Origin: Octopus sinensis
Lineage: Eukaryota
DNA: 64,000 nt
Assembly (NCBI RefSeq): GCF_006345805.1
Contig: NC_043014.1
Coordinates: 34,844,001-34,908,000 of the forward strand
Direction: 5' to 3'
The position numbers were made by a program, and so were the translations under genes. The first letter of the stretch is position 1. Each line of letters starts with the position of its first letter. Below the pieces are notes generated by a model that searched no databases, was not told where the DNA came from, and worked only from the letters and a program-made list of their open reading frames with translations. This document shows, one piece after another, positions 1 through 13,212 of the stretch.

Positions 1-577
1 TGATTTGATAATGTTCATAGGATGTACAACCTTTACCCCAAAAGGCAGTGCATACACTGACCCGTTTTGGCGGGTAAGGTTTTATTTGGTTTTAATAAGA
101 TTAGTTGGCCTGAGAGGAACTTCAGGATTTATGACTACAAACTTGAGAATGTGTATAGGTTATTTAAATTTTATCTTACATAAATCATAGTTTATATAAA
201 GTGTGTTTATACTGTTACTGTATGAGGTCCTCTTCTCCAGCTCAATCAGGCAAACTAGCTCCAGTTGGAGATAACAAAAGAATGGTCACACTCCTACATC
301 ATGGTTAAGTGATTAGTGGTAGGATGGGTATCCAGCTGTAAAGATAATTGATCCAACACGTAATGGTGTCCGAAAATGTAGAAAAATTAACTTAATAAAG
401 CATTATGTATAAAGTACATATGAATATATCTGTAAACGTGTGTGTGTATATATATATGTATATATATATACTTTATAATTAGGGTTCAGCAAAGATTTGC
501 TTCACCACATACCGAAGTTTAGAAATAGCAGTCAAAAAATCTTAGCTATTCCTCACACACACACACACATATATATA

Positions 578-935
578 TTCTTTTATACTTTTACTTGTTT
601 CAGTCATTTTGACTGTGGAGCACAGCCTTTTAGTTGAAGAAATCGAACCCAGGATTTATTCTTTGTAAGCCTGTTACTTTTTCTATCGATTCTCTTTTGC
701 CGAACTGCTAAGTTACAGGGACGTAAACACACCAAGATCGGTTGTCAAGCAATGGTAGAGAGATAAACACAGACAAAAACACACAAATATATACATACAT
801 ATATACGACAGGCTTCTTTCTGTTTCTGTCTACCAAATCCACTCAGGAGGCTTTAGTTGATGCTATAGTTGAAAACACTTGTCCAAGGTGCCACACAGTG
901 GAACTGAACTGCAACCAAATGGTTGGGAAGCAAGC
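578..935 (-). mobile_element. tRNA-derived SINE, family A (head GGCGCAGGAGTGGCTGTGTGG; tail (GTAAAAGA)n), diverged
   Basis: Reverse complement matches the full-length copies at 8094 and 10122. Boundaries approximate. Confidence 0.85.
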
Positions 936-1194
936 TTCCATATTTCTTTTAAATTGCCATAGTGGCATTACATTGAGAGGAACACTACAACACATGTGGG
1001 TACAAAATATGATGCTATGAATGACACATGAAAAATGTTAAAATCAAAATATCAAAATAATGATACATGAATGATAACTTGAGAAATGAGTATATGAAAA
1101 GTGTGTTACTCACCCCACACTGAGTAACACCACTCGCCACCTCTGAGTCCTGAGTCCCCTTTAGTCTTTGATCTAGTCTTTCCTTTTTCCCCCA

Positions 1195-2219
1195 TCACTG
1201 AGTGACAACACTCTCCTCCATGTATATGTAACCTTTTTCACTGGGGGAGGGGTCTTGTAAATTTTGTGGTGTCTGTTCTTTCTTCTCTTTTCCTGTGGGG
1301 AGAAGGGATGGGTGGGTTTGGTGTTTGTATGGGGAAGGTGGGTTTGAGTGGTCTTGGATGGGATGGAGTTGGTCTGGACACTGACTGTCCTTCCTCTTCT
1401 TTCTCTTTTTCCTTTTATTCTCTGTCACTGTCCATTCATCTTCCTTGTTCCTTCCATTTATCTGTACTTCTTCGTTTTTCTCCTCCGTCTCCAGCACCGC
1501 TTCTGTCATTTTCCTCTGTAGAGGGCAGTGAGCTCTAATGTGGCCTTTTTGGCCACATTTAAAGCATTGTGGAGCTCTGCCCTCTACCCATACTCTCAAT
1601 ACTATTTCTCCCAACATCACCATCTCCGCCAAATTTTCCAGGTGCTTCGCCTCCGCTTGTATGATGATTTCCAATGTTTTTTCTCTATATCCTCCTTCCT
1701 CCATCTCTGTGGCTTGGAGGACAGCTACCTCTTCCTCACTACCAGCCAGCATGGCTGCCGCAACCCAAGCCACTTCTATATCGGGTGGGATTCCTTCTGC
1801 CCTCACCTTAGAAGTCTTTCTTCCAAGGTATATGGGTAGAAGTACTACTTCCTCCATTCTCACCATTGTACTCGCCAGCCTCTTTGCTTCCTCCGCTGTC
1901 CTAAACTGGACAACCACTGTCCCATATCCATTTCTTTTGCTATATATGTCACTTCCTTCAAAAGCCCCTTCAATGCTTTTTCTACTTTTTCTATCTCTAT
2001 CCGCTCCACCTTGCTACCCTCTACTGAGTACACCTTGTAGGTAATGGTCTTCTTTTCCATATTTATCAAAACCCTTTTTAGGGGTATTAACTTTACATCA
2101 CTGCCCACCATCTGTATCATCTTACACAGCTCCTTCAGCCCGGCTAGGTCAACTTCCCTCTTCGTCAGCTCTGCAGTCTCAGCAAAACTCTTTACACTTT
2201 GCTCTTTCCAAATGCTCAT
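1195..2219 (-). mobile_element. Gag-like / LINE ORF1-like reading frame with one CCHC zinc knuckle, split by one frameshift near 1935-1945
   Basis: ATG at 2219 opens a 119-aa ORF that overlaps the 240-aa ORF 1195-1917. CFKCGQKGHIRAHC (CX2CX4HX4C) lies at 1525-1566, followed by a basic and Pro-rich C-terminus. No RT/endonuclease ORF follows. Confidence 0.75.
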
Positions 2220-2334
2220 CCATTCTATTTACTGCCTTAACGAGCTCCTCCACTGAGGACAGCTCATACTCACTAAGGTCTGAATACATTCCTTTCCACC
2301 GGTACAACACTCACCAAGCAGCTCAAAAGATTCT

Positions 2335-2637
2335 GTCCGACCTGTGCTGGCGACACGTAAAAAGCACTGTCCGAATGTGACAGATGCCAGCGCCACCTGA
2401 CTGGCGTCCATGTCGTAAAAGCACCAACCGATCGTGGCTGTTTGCCAGACTCCTCTGGCCCCAGTAAAAAATCACCCACTACACTCATGGAGTGGTTGGC
2501 ATTAGGAAGGGTATCCAGCTGTAGAAACACTGCCAAACCAGACTGGAGTCTGGTGCAGCCTCCATGGCTTACCAGACCCCGGTCAAACTGTCCAACCCAT
2601 GCTAGCATGGAAAATGGACATTAAATGATGATGATGA
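2335..2637 (+). mobile_element. SINE family C (internal ~62-bp repeat units, AGGAAGGGCATCCAGCTGTAGAAAC segment, (GAT)n tail)
   Basis: Near-identical to copies at 3622, 27890 and 56030; ends in an ATG/GAT microsatellite tail. Confidence 0.85.
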
Positions 2638-2678
2638 TACGGGGAAACCAAGCTTCTTACCACACAGCCACACCAGTG

Positions 2679-2717
<39 letters not shown>

Positions 2718-2948
2718 AGGTATGTATATATACTTGTACATACGTGTATACATGTGTTTGAGTGTATATATATATGTGTGTGTATGAGCAAAATGTCTGT
2801 AAATGCAAGTGGGTTTCTCTCCTCATTTCCTCAACTAATCTTCCTTTCACTCCCTCATTATCCTTCTCTGATCTCTCCTTCAGCAGCAATAACATATGTG
2901 TAATACTTATGTTATATATGTGTGACATAGATGTCTGATATACATATA

Positions 2949-3401
2949 GGCACAGGAGTGGCCGTATGTAAGTAGCTTGCTTATCAGCCACATGGTTCCG
3001 GGTTCAGTCCCACTGCGTGACACTTCAGGCAAGTGTCTTCTACTACAGCCTCGGGCCAACCAAAGCCTTGGATTTGGCAGACGGAAAATGAAAGAAGCCT
3101 TTCGTAAGTAGCTTGTTTACCAACCACATGGTTCCAGGTTCAGTCCCACTGTGTGGCAACTTGGGCAAGTGTCTTCTACTATAGCCTCGAGCTGACTAAA
3201 GCCTTGTGAATGGATTTGGTAGAGGGAAACTGAAAGAAGCCCGTCGTATATATGTGTGTGTCTTGGTATGGCAAAAGAACCGTAGAGAAGTAATTGGCTT
3301 CAAAAAATAGGTTCTAGTGTCAATCTCCTCAACTGAAACCTTTCTAGGCACTGTCTCGGCATGGTCACAGTCAAATGACTGAAACAAGTAAAAAGTAAAA
3401 G
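2949..3401 (+). mobile_element. SINE family A with tandemly duplicated 5' half
   Basis: The segment GTAAGTAGCTTG...GAAAGAAGCC occurs twice (about 2967-3103 and 3104-3241), then the tail follows. Confidence 0.85.
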
Positions 3402-3621
3402 ATAATACAAATGTATGATATGTATTATACATGTATGCATATACTTTATGAATTTGCTTAGGCATGATGATATTAATAACCAGTTAGAACTCACTACAGT
3501 TGCACTGTAGAAGTAAAGGAAGTCCTTTAAATGGCTTTTAGGAAGCTATGATAACTGCATGCTAATGAAAGTGATTATGTATCTCTTGTTTTTTTGCTAT
3601 GCATTAACACACACATTCAAG

Positions 3622-3908
3622 AGAACCATCCGAACGTGGCTGTTGCCAGCGCTGCCCCGACTGGCCTCCGTGCCGGTGGCACGTAAAAAGCACCATCCGA
3701 TTGTGGCCGTTTGCCAGCCTCGACTGGCACCTGTGCAGGTGGCACGTAAAAAGCACCCACTACACTCACGGAGTGCTTGGCGTTAGGAAGGGCATCCAGC
3801 TGTAGAAACACTGGCCAGATCAGACTGGGCCTGGCGCAGCCTTCTGGTTTCCCAGACCCCAGTTGAACCGTCCAACCCATGCTAGCATGGAAAACGGATG
3901 ATGATGAT
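3622..3908 (+). mobile_element. SINE family C
   Basis: Two internal GTGGCACGTAAAAAGCAC units, the conserved 3' segment and a (GAT)n tail. Confidence 0.85.
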
Positions 3909-3938
3909 GACATGTATATGTGTATATTTATGTATATA

Positions 3939-4133
3939 TGAGGTGGTGCTGAAAAGTTCTTGGCTTTGGGTAAAAGAAAATACAAGAGGATCAGTTATGA
4001 TTTTATTCAACATACCCTCTCTCAGATTTACACACTTATTGTAGAGGTCCTTGTAAAGGAACTCAGAAGATTGGGCCTTCAACCTGGCTATTCCTGATAC
4101 CCTTAAAGCCAGGAACTTTTCAGGACCCAGTTA
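3939..4133. mobile_element. Tc1/mariner-type MITE (degenerate TIRs, TA flanks)
   Basis: GCTGAAAAGTTCTTGGCTTT near the left end and AAAGCCAGGAACTTTTCAG near the right end are inverted repeats. Confidence 0.6.
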
Positions 4134-5799
4134 TATGTGTGTGAGTGTGTATGCATCCATATATAAAGAGATGCTGTATAAAACAACAAAGGAATATTTG
4201 TACACAGTCATTAAGAGCCTCATTAATTATAGACTGTTAATGTCGAACATATTATAATATTGCAGTAAATCCGGGCAGAAAAAGCATTCCTCAATATACA
4301 TAATCATTTAAAACGATCCTTAAAGAGCAATGTATATTTAAAATTAAAATTAAAAGCAGAAAAGCATAAATTTCACAGACAGATCACAAATTCATTACTT
4401 TCAGCAGCTGCTTCATTAGGAATAAACAACCATTAATTCTATAATTACATAATTAAGATACATAATTAATATTAAATAATTTAAAGCAATGTTTATCCCA
4501 AATTATCTCTAATATTATATAAGGCTGTGCTAGCTATAAACTATATAAGTGAGCTTAAGAGAAACATATATATATATATATATGTATGTATGTATACATT
4601 TGTGTGTCTAATATACATACACACACCTATGCAAAACATATGCACATGTACAAATACAGATGTATATGTGTAGACATACTTAAATGAACACAGCAGACAT
4701 ACAAGTATACCCATGCAAAGAAGGCATACATGTCACCATCATCATCATCATCATTTAAAATCTGTTGTCCATGCAGGCATGGGTTGGACAATTTGACCAG
4801 GTCTGGCAAGCTGGGAGGCTGTACCAGATTCCAACTGGATTTGGCATGGGCTCTACGGTTGGATGTCCTTCCTAATGCCAACCACTCTGAGAGTGTAATG
4901 GGTGTTTTTATGTGCCACCAGCAAAAGTGCCATTTGCATGACACTAGTATCTGCCATGACTGTGATTTTACTTAGCTTGATGGCTCTTCTTAAGCACGAC
5001 ATAATACACATATATGTATGTGTATATATATATATATATGTATCTGTATGTAGATGTGTGTGTGTGTGTGTGTATATATATATGTAATATATGTATATGT
5101 ATTTATATATATATATGCATATGTATTTATATATATATATGTATGTATCATGAAGACAAAAAGGAAAAAAATAGCTGAAAGATTAGAAATTCTCATTGAA
5201 ATATCTTTACTGAACTATTTATAATGGATCTAGAATGATTTTTTTTTTTATATATATAGTATAGAGTCTCACTGGGTTTACAATATGGATAATAAAGACT
5301 AAAATTTAAGGGTCACATCAAAAAAATTTGCAATTTTAGTACCCTCCTTCAAGGTAATGGATAAATTATGACTTTTAAAAAAATATATGTAAAGATTTCC
5401 TGGGTTTTACTATTTGAGATAGAGATAGAGGATAGGATACTGAAGATAGAGTCCTCATGATATTGACTATTCTCAAGGTTTTGGAAAATTTCTATGATTC
5501 AAATAATATAAGTAATTGCACTCAATCAGTTATCTGAGCTTTGCTAAATGATCCTTTAGTTATGTCAATATTATTGCATCAAGAAAGCAGCAAGCTGGCA
5601 GAATCGTTAGCACACTGGGCAAAATGCTTAGGATATTTTGCCTATCTTTATGCTCTGAGTTCAAATTCTACTGAAGTCAACTCCGTCTTTCATCTTTTTG
5701 GGATTGATAAAATAAATACCAGTTGAAAACTGGTAATTGACATATCCTCTCCGTTGAACTTGATGGCCTTGTGCCAAAACTTGAAATCAATATCATTGC

Positions 5800-6112
5800 A
5801 TCATCATTGTTTAACGTCCGCTTTCCATGCTGGCATGGGTTGGACGATTTGACTGAGACCTGGTGAACCAGATGGCTGCACCAGGCTCCAATTTGATCTG
5901 GCAGAGTTTCTACAGCTGGATGCCCTTCCTAATGCCAACCACTCCAAGAGTGTAGTGGGTGCTTTTACATGCCACCGGTACGAGGGCCAGTAAGGCAGTA
6001 CTGGTAATGGCCACGCTCAAATGGTGTTTTTTACGTGCCACCTGCACAAGAGCCAGTCCAGTGGCACTGGCAACGACCTCTCGAGTATCTTTTCATGTGC
6101 CACCGGCACGTA
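5800..6112 (-). mobile_element. SINE family C
   Basis: Reverse-orientation copy with the (CAT)n tail on the left and internal repeat units. Confidence 0.8.
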
Positions 6113-7065
6113 TATGTATAGAAATGATATATATATATATGTATATAAATGATATATATGTATATAATTATATATATATATGTATAGGAATGATATATCT
6201 GTATCTATATAAATGATATATATATGTATATAAATGATATATATGTATATGTATATATAAAATATATGTATATGAATATAAATTATATGTATATAATATA
6301 TATGTAAGTATATATTTATCTCAATATATAAATGCATATATATATATGTATGTCAATACGCTCATTGAACCCTGTCCCTGCTCCTAATTTATCCCCATAA
6401 TGCTTTTTTTCACCTCTCATCTTCCTAACACCTGTCCCTCCATCACTCTTCTAACAATGGCACTATTCAGCAGCTGCAATCATATTGGAGAAGAATCAGC
6501 ACATATTTCTTGTTTTGTGTTGCTAGTTACCTCCCCCTCTTGCTGGAACTACTTCCTTTAAGATCCATTCGTAGTTCTCTATATCATCCTTTCCCATTTT
6601 ATTTTCCATTGCTCACTGCTTTCTTTACTTCTAAATATGTCTCCCTCTCCTGTGAGCTATATCTTAAGACTGTCATACCTCATCTTTATCACCTCCTATC
6701 ACTTGCAACACCTCTCATATCTTGCATCAAAGTCCCCACCATCACCTTTGTCTCACTATAGCCACTATTATATACCTCTGACTTCGATCTCTGTCTTTAT
6801 AGATCTCTCTTTCTCTTTCTTTACTCTCACACCACACATCATCTCCCTACTTTTGATTTATCTAGGCTTTCTCTATTTTTTAAAATCTATCTATGGTTTA
6901 TGATACTATTGTTCACCACCATTTATAACACCTCTTTTGTAAGCTATTTCTTTTACCTGCCGGCTTTGTTCATTCTCTACATCAACCTCTCCCTTCATCT
7001 CTAGCCATCTGTCACTCTCTTCTCACACTTCTATGAACTTATCTACCCACACCTCCCCATAGAGG

Positions 7066-7251
7066 AGACAGACAAAGGGATTAAGTCGATTACATTGACC
7101 CCAGTGTGTAACTGGTACTTTATTTATCGACCCCGAAAGGATGAAAGGCAAAGTCGACCTCGGCAGAATTTGAACTCAGAACGTAACGACAGACGAAATA
7201 CCGCTAAGCATTTCGCCCGGCGCGCTAACGTTTCTGCCAGCTCACCGCCTT
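7066..7251 (-). mobile_element. tRNA-derived SINE family B (head GGCGGCGAGCTGGCAGAA...GAGTTCAAATTC), young, 3'-truncated
   Basis: Reverse complement of the intact copy at 39163. Confidence 0.85.
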
Positions 7252-7261
7252 TATATATATA

Positions 7262-7322
<61 letters not shown>

Positions 7323-8093
7323 ATATACACACACGTGTATATATGTGTGTGTGTATGTGTAAATATGTATATGTATGATATGTGTGTGTGTATACATATG
7401 TATTTTAAAGCCCTATCTATCGATGGTGAACAAAAGAGCCTTAGAAAGTAGAAGACCGAAGTGTGAAAGTTGAAATTGCTTTTCTTCCCCAATATTTAAA
7501 TAAAGGAATGAATATATTTATATGGAGACATATGATAAATGAGACATAATTTATGTTTATCCATGGTAACAGGTTTTGCAAAACTATTCCATAATATGTC
7601 ATAGTTTGTTTGGAAACAAAATGAAAATGGAAACATCCCCACTTCTATGAAAACTATAATACGTCTGATTCTGTGGTTTGGATGTTTGTCTTACACCCAC
7701 ATTCTAGATATTGGTTCATTCGTTTTGCATAGTGCCAGCTCCTTGACTTGACCAGTCCTTTGGGTTAAGGCTTTGCTACTGAAAACTGCGAAAGCCTCTA
7801 TACATATTTGTGTGTGTATATTAATAAATATATATAAATGGGTGTGTCATAATCATCATCTTCATCATCATCATATGTCCATTTTCCATGCTGGTATGGG
7901 TTGGATGGTTTAACGGGTTGGTTAGGCAGAAGACTGCACCAAGCCAATGGTGATTTTATTGAATAAATTTATTCTTTAGTATTTCAAGATATTTTTATGT
8001 AATTTTGGTAACTATATGTGTATATGTATATCTATGTGTATATATATATATATGTTTATTGGAGTCTGCTGCAGCCATTTGGTTTGTTACAAA

Positions 8094-8480
8094 GCGCAGG
8101 AGTGGCTGTGTGGTAAGTAGCTTGTTTACCAACCACATGGTTCCGGGTTCAGTCCCACTGCGTGGCACCTTGGGCAAATGTCTTCTACTATAGCCTTGGG
8201 CCGACCAAAGCCTTGTCAGTGGATTTGGTAGACGGAAACTGAAAGAAGCCCGTCGTATATATGTATATATATAAGTGTGTGTGTGTCTGTGTTTATCCCC
8301 CTAGCATTGCTTGACAACTGATGCTGGTGTGTTTATGTCCCCGTCACTTAGCGGTTCGGCAAAAGAGACCGATAGAATAAGTACTGGGCTTACAATGAAT
8401 AAGTCCTAGGGTTGAGTTTCTCGATTAAAGGCGGTGCTCCAGCATAGCCGCAGTCAAATGACTGAAACACGTAAAAGAGT
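8094..8480 (+). mobile_element. SINE family A, full length
   Basis: A-box-like TGGCTGTGTGG, B-box-like GGTTCAGTCCC, central CCTTGGGCAA segment, internal (TA)/(TG) tract and GTAAAAGA tail. Confidence 0.9.
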
Positions 8481-8557
8481 ATATCTATTAAAATGAGATG
8501 TCAGTGTTATTTTCATTTTTACGTAATTCAGACAGACGACAGTTTATTCACCGCACC

Positions 8558-8618
<61 letters not shown>

Positions 8619-9067
8619 CATTTATATATGTTTATGAATTTCTGTGTACATATTCATATACATTTATATATCTCTACATTTATATATATATTTATAACTT
8701 TTTGTGTATATTGGTGCATGTTTGTATATGTGATTGTATGTATGTATGTTTGTACTGTCTTGGAGAACTGCAGTGGCTGTGGGCACAGTTCCTTTCAGCA
8801 GGTAAAAATCACGTCAAGAAAAGATTACACACACACACACTGTATATAATACAATCATTTTCATTTATACCTGTAGGCACAGGTGTGGCTGTGTGGGAAG
8901 AAGTTTGTTTCCTGACCACATGGTCCTTGGTCCAGTCCCACTGTGTAACACCTTCGGCAAGTGTCTTCATCTATATCTTTGGGCTGACCAAAGTCTTGTG
9001 AGTAGATCGGTAAAAGGAAACTGAAAGAAGCCTTTCATATGTATATGTGTGTGTATATATATATATC

Positions 9068-9376
9068 ACGTGATCACATGACTGACCAGACCATCAGATG
9101 TTGTTACACATCGCTGGTCACAATGCGTTCGCATTGTTTTAGCCTTTGAATGACGCCACCCCGCTGGCTAAGTGAGCAGGCCAACAGAAGAAAGAGTCGG
9201 AGAAAGAGTGGTGAAAGTGTACAGCAGGGATCACCCCCCCCCCCCCCGCCGGAGCCTTGTGGAGCTTTTAGGTGTTTTTGCTCAATAAACACTCACAACG
9301 CCTGGCCTGGGAATCGAAACCGTGATCCTACGACTGCAAGTCCGCTGCCCTAACCACTGGGCCATTGTGCCTCCAC
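9068..9376 (-). mobile_element. tRNA-derived SINE, D-type head (GTGGAGGCACAATGGCCCAGTGGTTAG...GGTTTCGATTCCC)
   Basis: A and B boxes on the minus strand; head homologous to the copies at 51475 and 61317. Confidence 0.8.
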
Positions 9377-9699
9377 ACACACACACATACATACATACGT
9401 ACGTACGTATGTATGTATGTATGTATGTATGTATGTATGTATGTATATATGTATGACGGCCTTCGTTCAGTTTCTGTCTACAAAGCAGTGGTGCTTTTCA
9501 TTTCCAATATTCTGTGAGAACATGTCTGACCAAGGGGAAATATTACTATTCTTGGAAACAGGTCATGGTTGGCAATAGGGAGGGTGTGCAGCTTTAGAAA
9601 AATCTGCCTCAGTAAACTCCACCCAACCCATGGAAGTATGGAATGTGGATGTTACAATGATGTTGATGGTGAGGATAATCTGCTTTTCCATACTGGCAT

Positions 9700-12300
9700 T
9701 AGTTGGCCATGTTGACATAGTTTTAGTTGGTTCTTATTTGGGGTTACTGTCCTCTAAGATCTATCAGAAGTCCATGTCTTGTATTCCTTTCTGTTTTACA
9801 GTATATGAGTGTATTTTATCAAGGCAGTAGCCCCCCCCAAAATTACCATGTCCCCAATAGCAGTAAATATTCTTCACTCTTTACAATTCACCCTCGCAAG
9901 ACTTGAGTCTTTTCAGCCTTAGATTGTCTCCATTTATTCTTCTATCAATAGCATTGGATTTTATACACAAACATCATACAGTCTCAGAAAGAGAAACCTT
10001 TTGCTGCCTGGATAGATAATTGCTCTTTAACTGTTTCCCAAACTGTTCTTGCTATGCTGATTTGATGAACAACTCTGGGTGAGCTTTTCAAGCATTGGAA
10101 GGAATTTTGTTCAAGTGTATTCTTACTCTTTACTCTTTTACTCTTTTACTTGTTTCAGTCATTTGACTGTGGCCATGCTGGAGCACCGCCTTTAATTGAG
10201 CAACTCGACCCCGGAACTTATTCTTTTGTAAGCCCAGTACTTATTCTATCGGTCTCTTTTGCCGGACCGCTAAGTAAACACACCAGCATTGGTTGTCAAG
10301 CAATGCTAGGGGGACAAACACAGACACACAAACACACACACGCATATATATATATACATATATATGACAGGCTTCTTTCAGTTTCCGTCTACCAAATCCA
10401 CTGACAAGGCTTTGGTCGGCCCGAGGCTATAGTAGAAGACACTTGTCCAAGGTGCCACGCAGTGGGACCGAACCCAGAACCATGTGGCTGGTAAACAAGC
10501 TACTTACCACACAGCCACTCCTGCGCCTATTACTGTTAACTACTTTTATACACCTGTCACAAATGAAGTCAACCTTCTCTGTCAGCTTGCCTATGATCTC
10601 ATTACTTTGCTAGTTTACATGGGCATGCTATAAAAAATTTCTACTTCTTTTTGGTGTATGGATCATCGTCACTTTTCCAATGAAAATAGTGTGCTGCTTT
10701 TCCTGCTGACTAAAACAAATTTTTGCAATGTTTACTTTGAGGCTTCTTAATTCTAGCTGATAATAATTGAGCCCTGATATATATATTAACTTGCATGCTA
10801 AATTCCTCACTGGATGACACTTCTGTACATGGCTTGTATAGTTCTCATAAGCCATTTATCTTTCCTAAGTTTTGTTAGTACAATCAAACTACAACATGTG
10901 GAATCATGTCAAAAGCCTTTTCCTGATCAACATAAGTTAGGTAGACTAATTTACTTGTAGCTAAGTACTTCTTTCTATCTTTGCTTCACAAGGGAAATGT
11001 CATTAGTTGCACCTCATTTTGGCCGCACCTTGTCTCAAAATCAGTTACATTAAAACCCTTTTAGTGACTTATTTTAATCTGGCCTATCATTTTATTGTCT
11101 GTTGTTGCCTTTGTTAGAGCATCTCAGTTGCCATTGTGGCAGTTGGTAATGATACTGTTATACCAATCATTGGCTATAACACCTTCTCATACTATCTGAT
11201 TGACTATGCAAGTGACTGGTGCATGACCTACTTTGCCAAATATTCTAAGCATTTCAGAAACTGTCCTTGATGGTCTGCTGCCTTCTCAGTTTTCATATTC
11301 TTAATTGTGCTTTTAAGTGTATGGCTGTCAACTTCAACAGATGAGCCTTTTGTTAGATGTATTTGGAGTATTCCCTCTCTCTCACATGCATTCTCCTCAC
11401 TGATTAATGTCTTGTAATAGCATTTTCAAGCCTCTTTCTTTTCTTTGTCATTTTAGTGAATTGCTTTAATTCATATATGTACTTTTACCTAACACTCCCA
11501 TGCCTCTGATTGTTACCTTGTAGAACATGTGCAAACCTCATTCTGCTTCGGTCCTTGCTAAGTATATTTGATATCTAGCTCTCTTCCAGCTACTTGATAT
11601 TGTTCTTTGCTGAGCCTTCTCTTCCAGTCTTTCCAGGCCTATCACTTAGCTTTTATGGCACTATCCTATCTACAATATTGTTCCACTATTATGTCACTTT
11701 CTCTCTGGCTGCAACCTTTCATCACAAATCTGGTCTATAACCCTTGGTAGGTTGTCTCTTCAAAAAACTCCCTATTAAAGTCTTTGTCTTTTCCGTCTTC
11801 TCATCATATATGTCAATTAATGCTTCTCCGAACCTACAACTGCTCAAGGGCTCTTTCAACTTCCATATCTTCCTTCTCCAGGGTGTCTTGTCTCTTTCGT
11901 GTACGTCTGGTTCTTACTCTGAAGTCACTAGTCTGTGTTTCTGAATACTAGGTTGTTACCCGGGAAGAATTTAGTATTCTTCATTATCAGTCTATCCTGT
12001 ATTCTGGAGTATGTGGCATCTAGCTGTTTTGTATGTTTGCTTGATTGATGGGGGATCAGATAGCGGGTCAGCTTCCTCAAGTCTGTGTTGCATGTGATCA
12101 GTTAACTCATGGAGCCTTGATGCCTCTTCATTCCTCACACTTTATCCATAACCTTTGTACATGATGGAGAAATCATAATGGTGTTGTCATACCCATTAAA
12201 ATTACCAGTCAGTAAGTTTACTGTCATTTGTTATTGAGGAAGTCTGCATGAGACCCTTTTTAAAAGTGGTCCTTCAGTTCATCTATCTGCTCTGATTGTG
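9700..12300 (-). mobile_element. Decayed RTE-clade LINE ORF (RT region), interrupted by a SINE
   Basis: Minus-strand fragments such as KSTIKNMKTEKAA/PSRTVSEMLRIFGKVG (~11240-11330) resemble the AIKxMKxGKAAGPSGIVxEML motif. Many stops and frameshifts; boundaries approximate. Confidence 0.6.
10122..10527 (-). mobile_element. SINE family A, full length
   Basis: Reverse complement of 8094-8480 with an extended (TTTTACTC)n tail. Confidence 0.9.
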
Positions 12301-13107
12301 GTACATTATCATCACCATCATCATCATCATTTAATGCCCATCTTCTATGCTGGCACAGGCTGGACAGTTTAACAGGATCTGGCAAGCCCAAGGACTGCAC
12401 CAAGCTCTACTGTCTGCTTTGGCATCAGTAGATAAATGTTCTGGTTGTTGTCCATGACTGCTTTAAGCTTAATTATTATATTGCACACTCTGACTACCCC
12501 ATGTAGTCATATGTTAATTTCACAGCAGACAATATAACCACTCTGCATCTCTGTTTACCACTCAGGAATATCATTCTTTATGTTAGACACAAAACTTTAG
12601 GGCTGCCATCATCAACTTCGGCATCATAAATGTAAGTCGAGAAAGATCAAAGTGATACTGCTGTAGTGGCACATATGCTGTGTTTCTTAGTTCTTTTCTT
12701 TTGTGGAATGTGGCTGAGATTAATTCTATTTTACTTCTTGTACACAGCACAGTATCTCTTCAATTTCTCCTGACCTAACTTTTATGATGCCAAAGCAGAA
12801 GTTGGCAACCATAAAGTTTTGTATCTCACATGGTGAGGGCCTTTGCTTGCAGTGAGAGGGTAGATTGGTATCTCATTTCTGCATATAAGAAGAAAACTTC
12901 TGTGATTCCTTGGTGATGATTCAGAAATTCTCATACATAGCCAGATGTTTCCACTATTAATTGATTTGTTATTTATTTCCTCACTCACAAACAAATTACT
13001 ACTGATAATTATTGACATGGTGTGTGTTAGTCTTTGTTGCTAATTACATGTTAAGTAGCAGAGGGTCTAATCTTTGTTAGATATAGGTAGGCATTATCAC
13101 TAACAGT

Positions 13108-13132
13108 ATGTGTGTGTGTGTGTGTGTGTATG

Positions 13133-13190
<58 letters not shown>

Positions 13191-13212
13191 CATACATACA
13201 TACATACATGTA
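13108..13212. repeat. Representative compound microsatellite (TG)n(TA)n(TACA)n; dozens of similar tracts occur across the window
   Basis: Direct reading; other examples at 2681, 7253, 8560, 42985, 47092 and 63887. Confidence 0.95.

Noticed and set aside
1930-1950. Programmed ribosomal frameshift in the gag-like ORF
   Set aside because: No X XXY YYZ slippery heptamer; a 1-nt loss in an A run is the simpler explanation.
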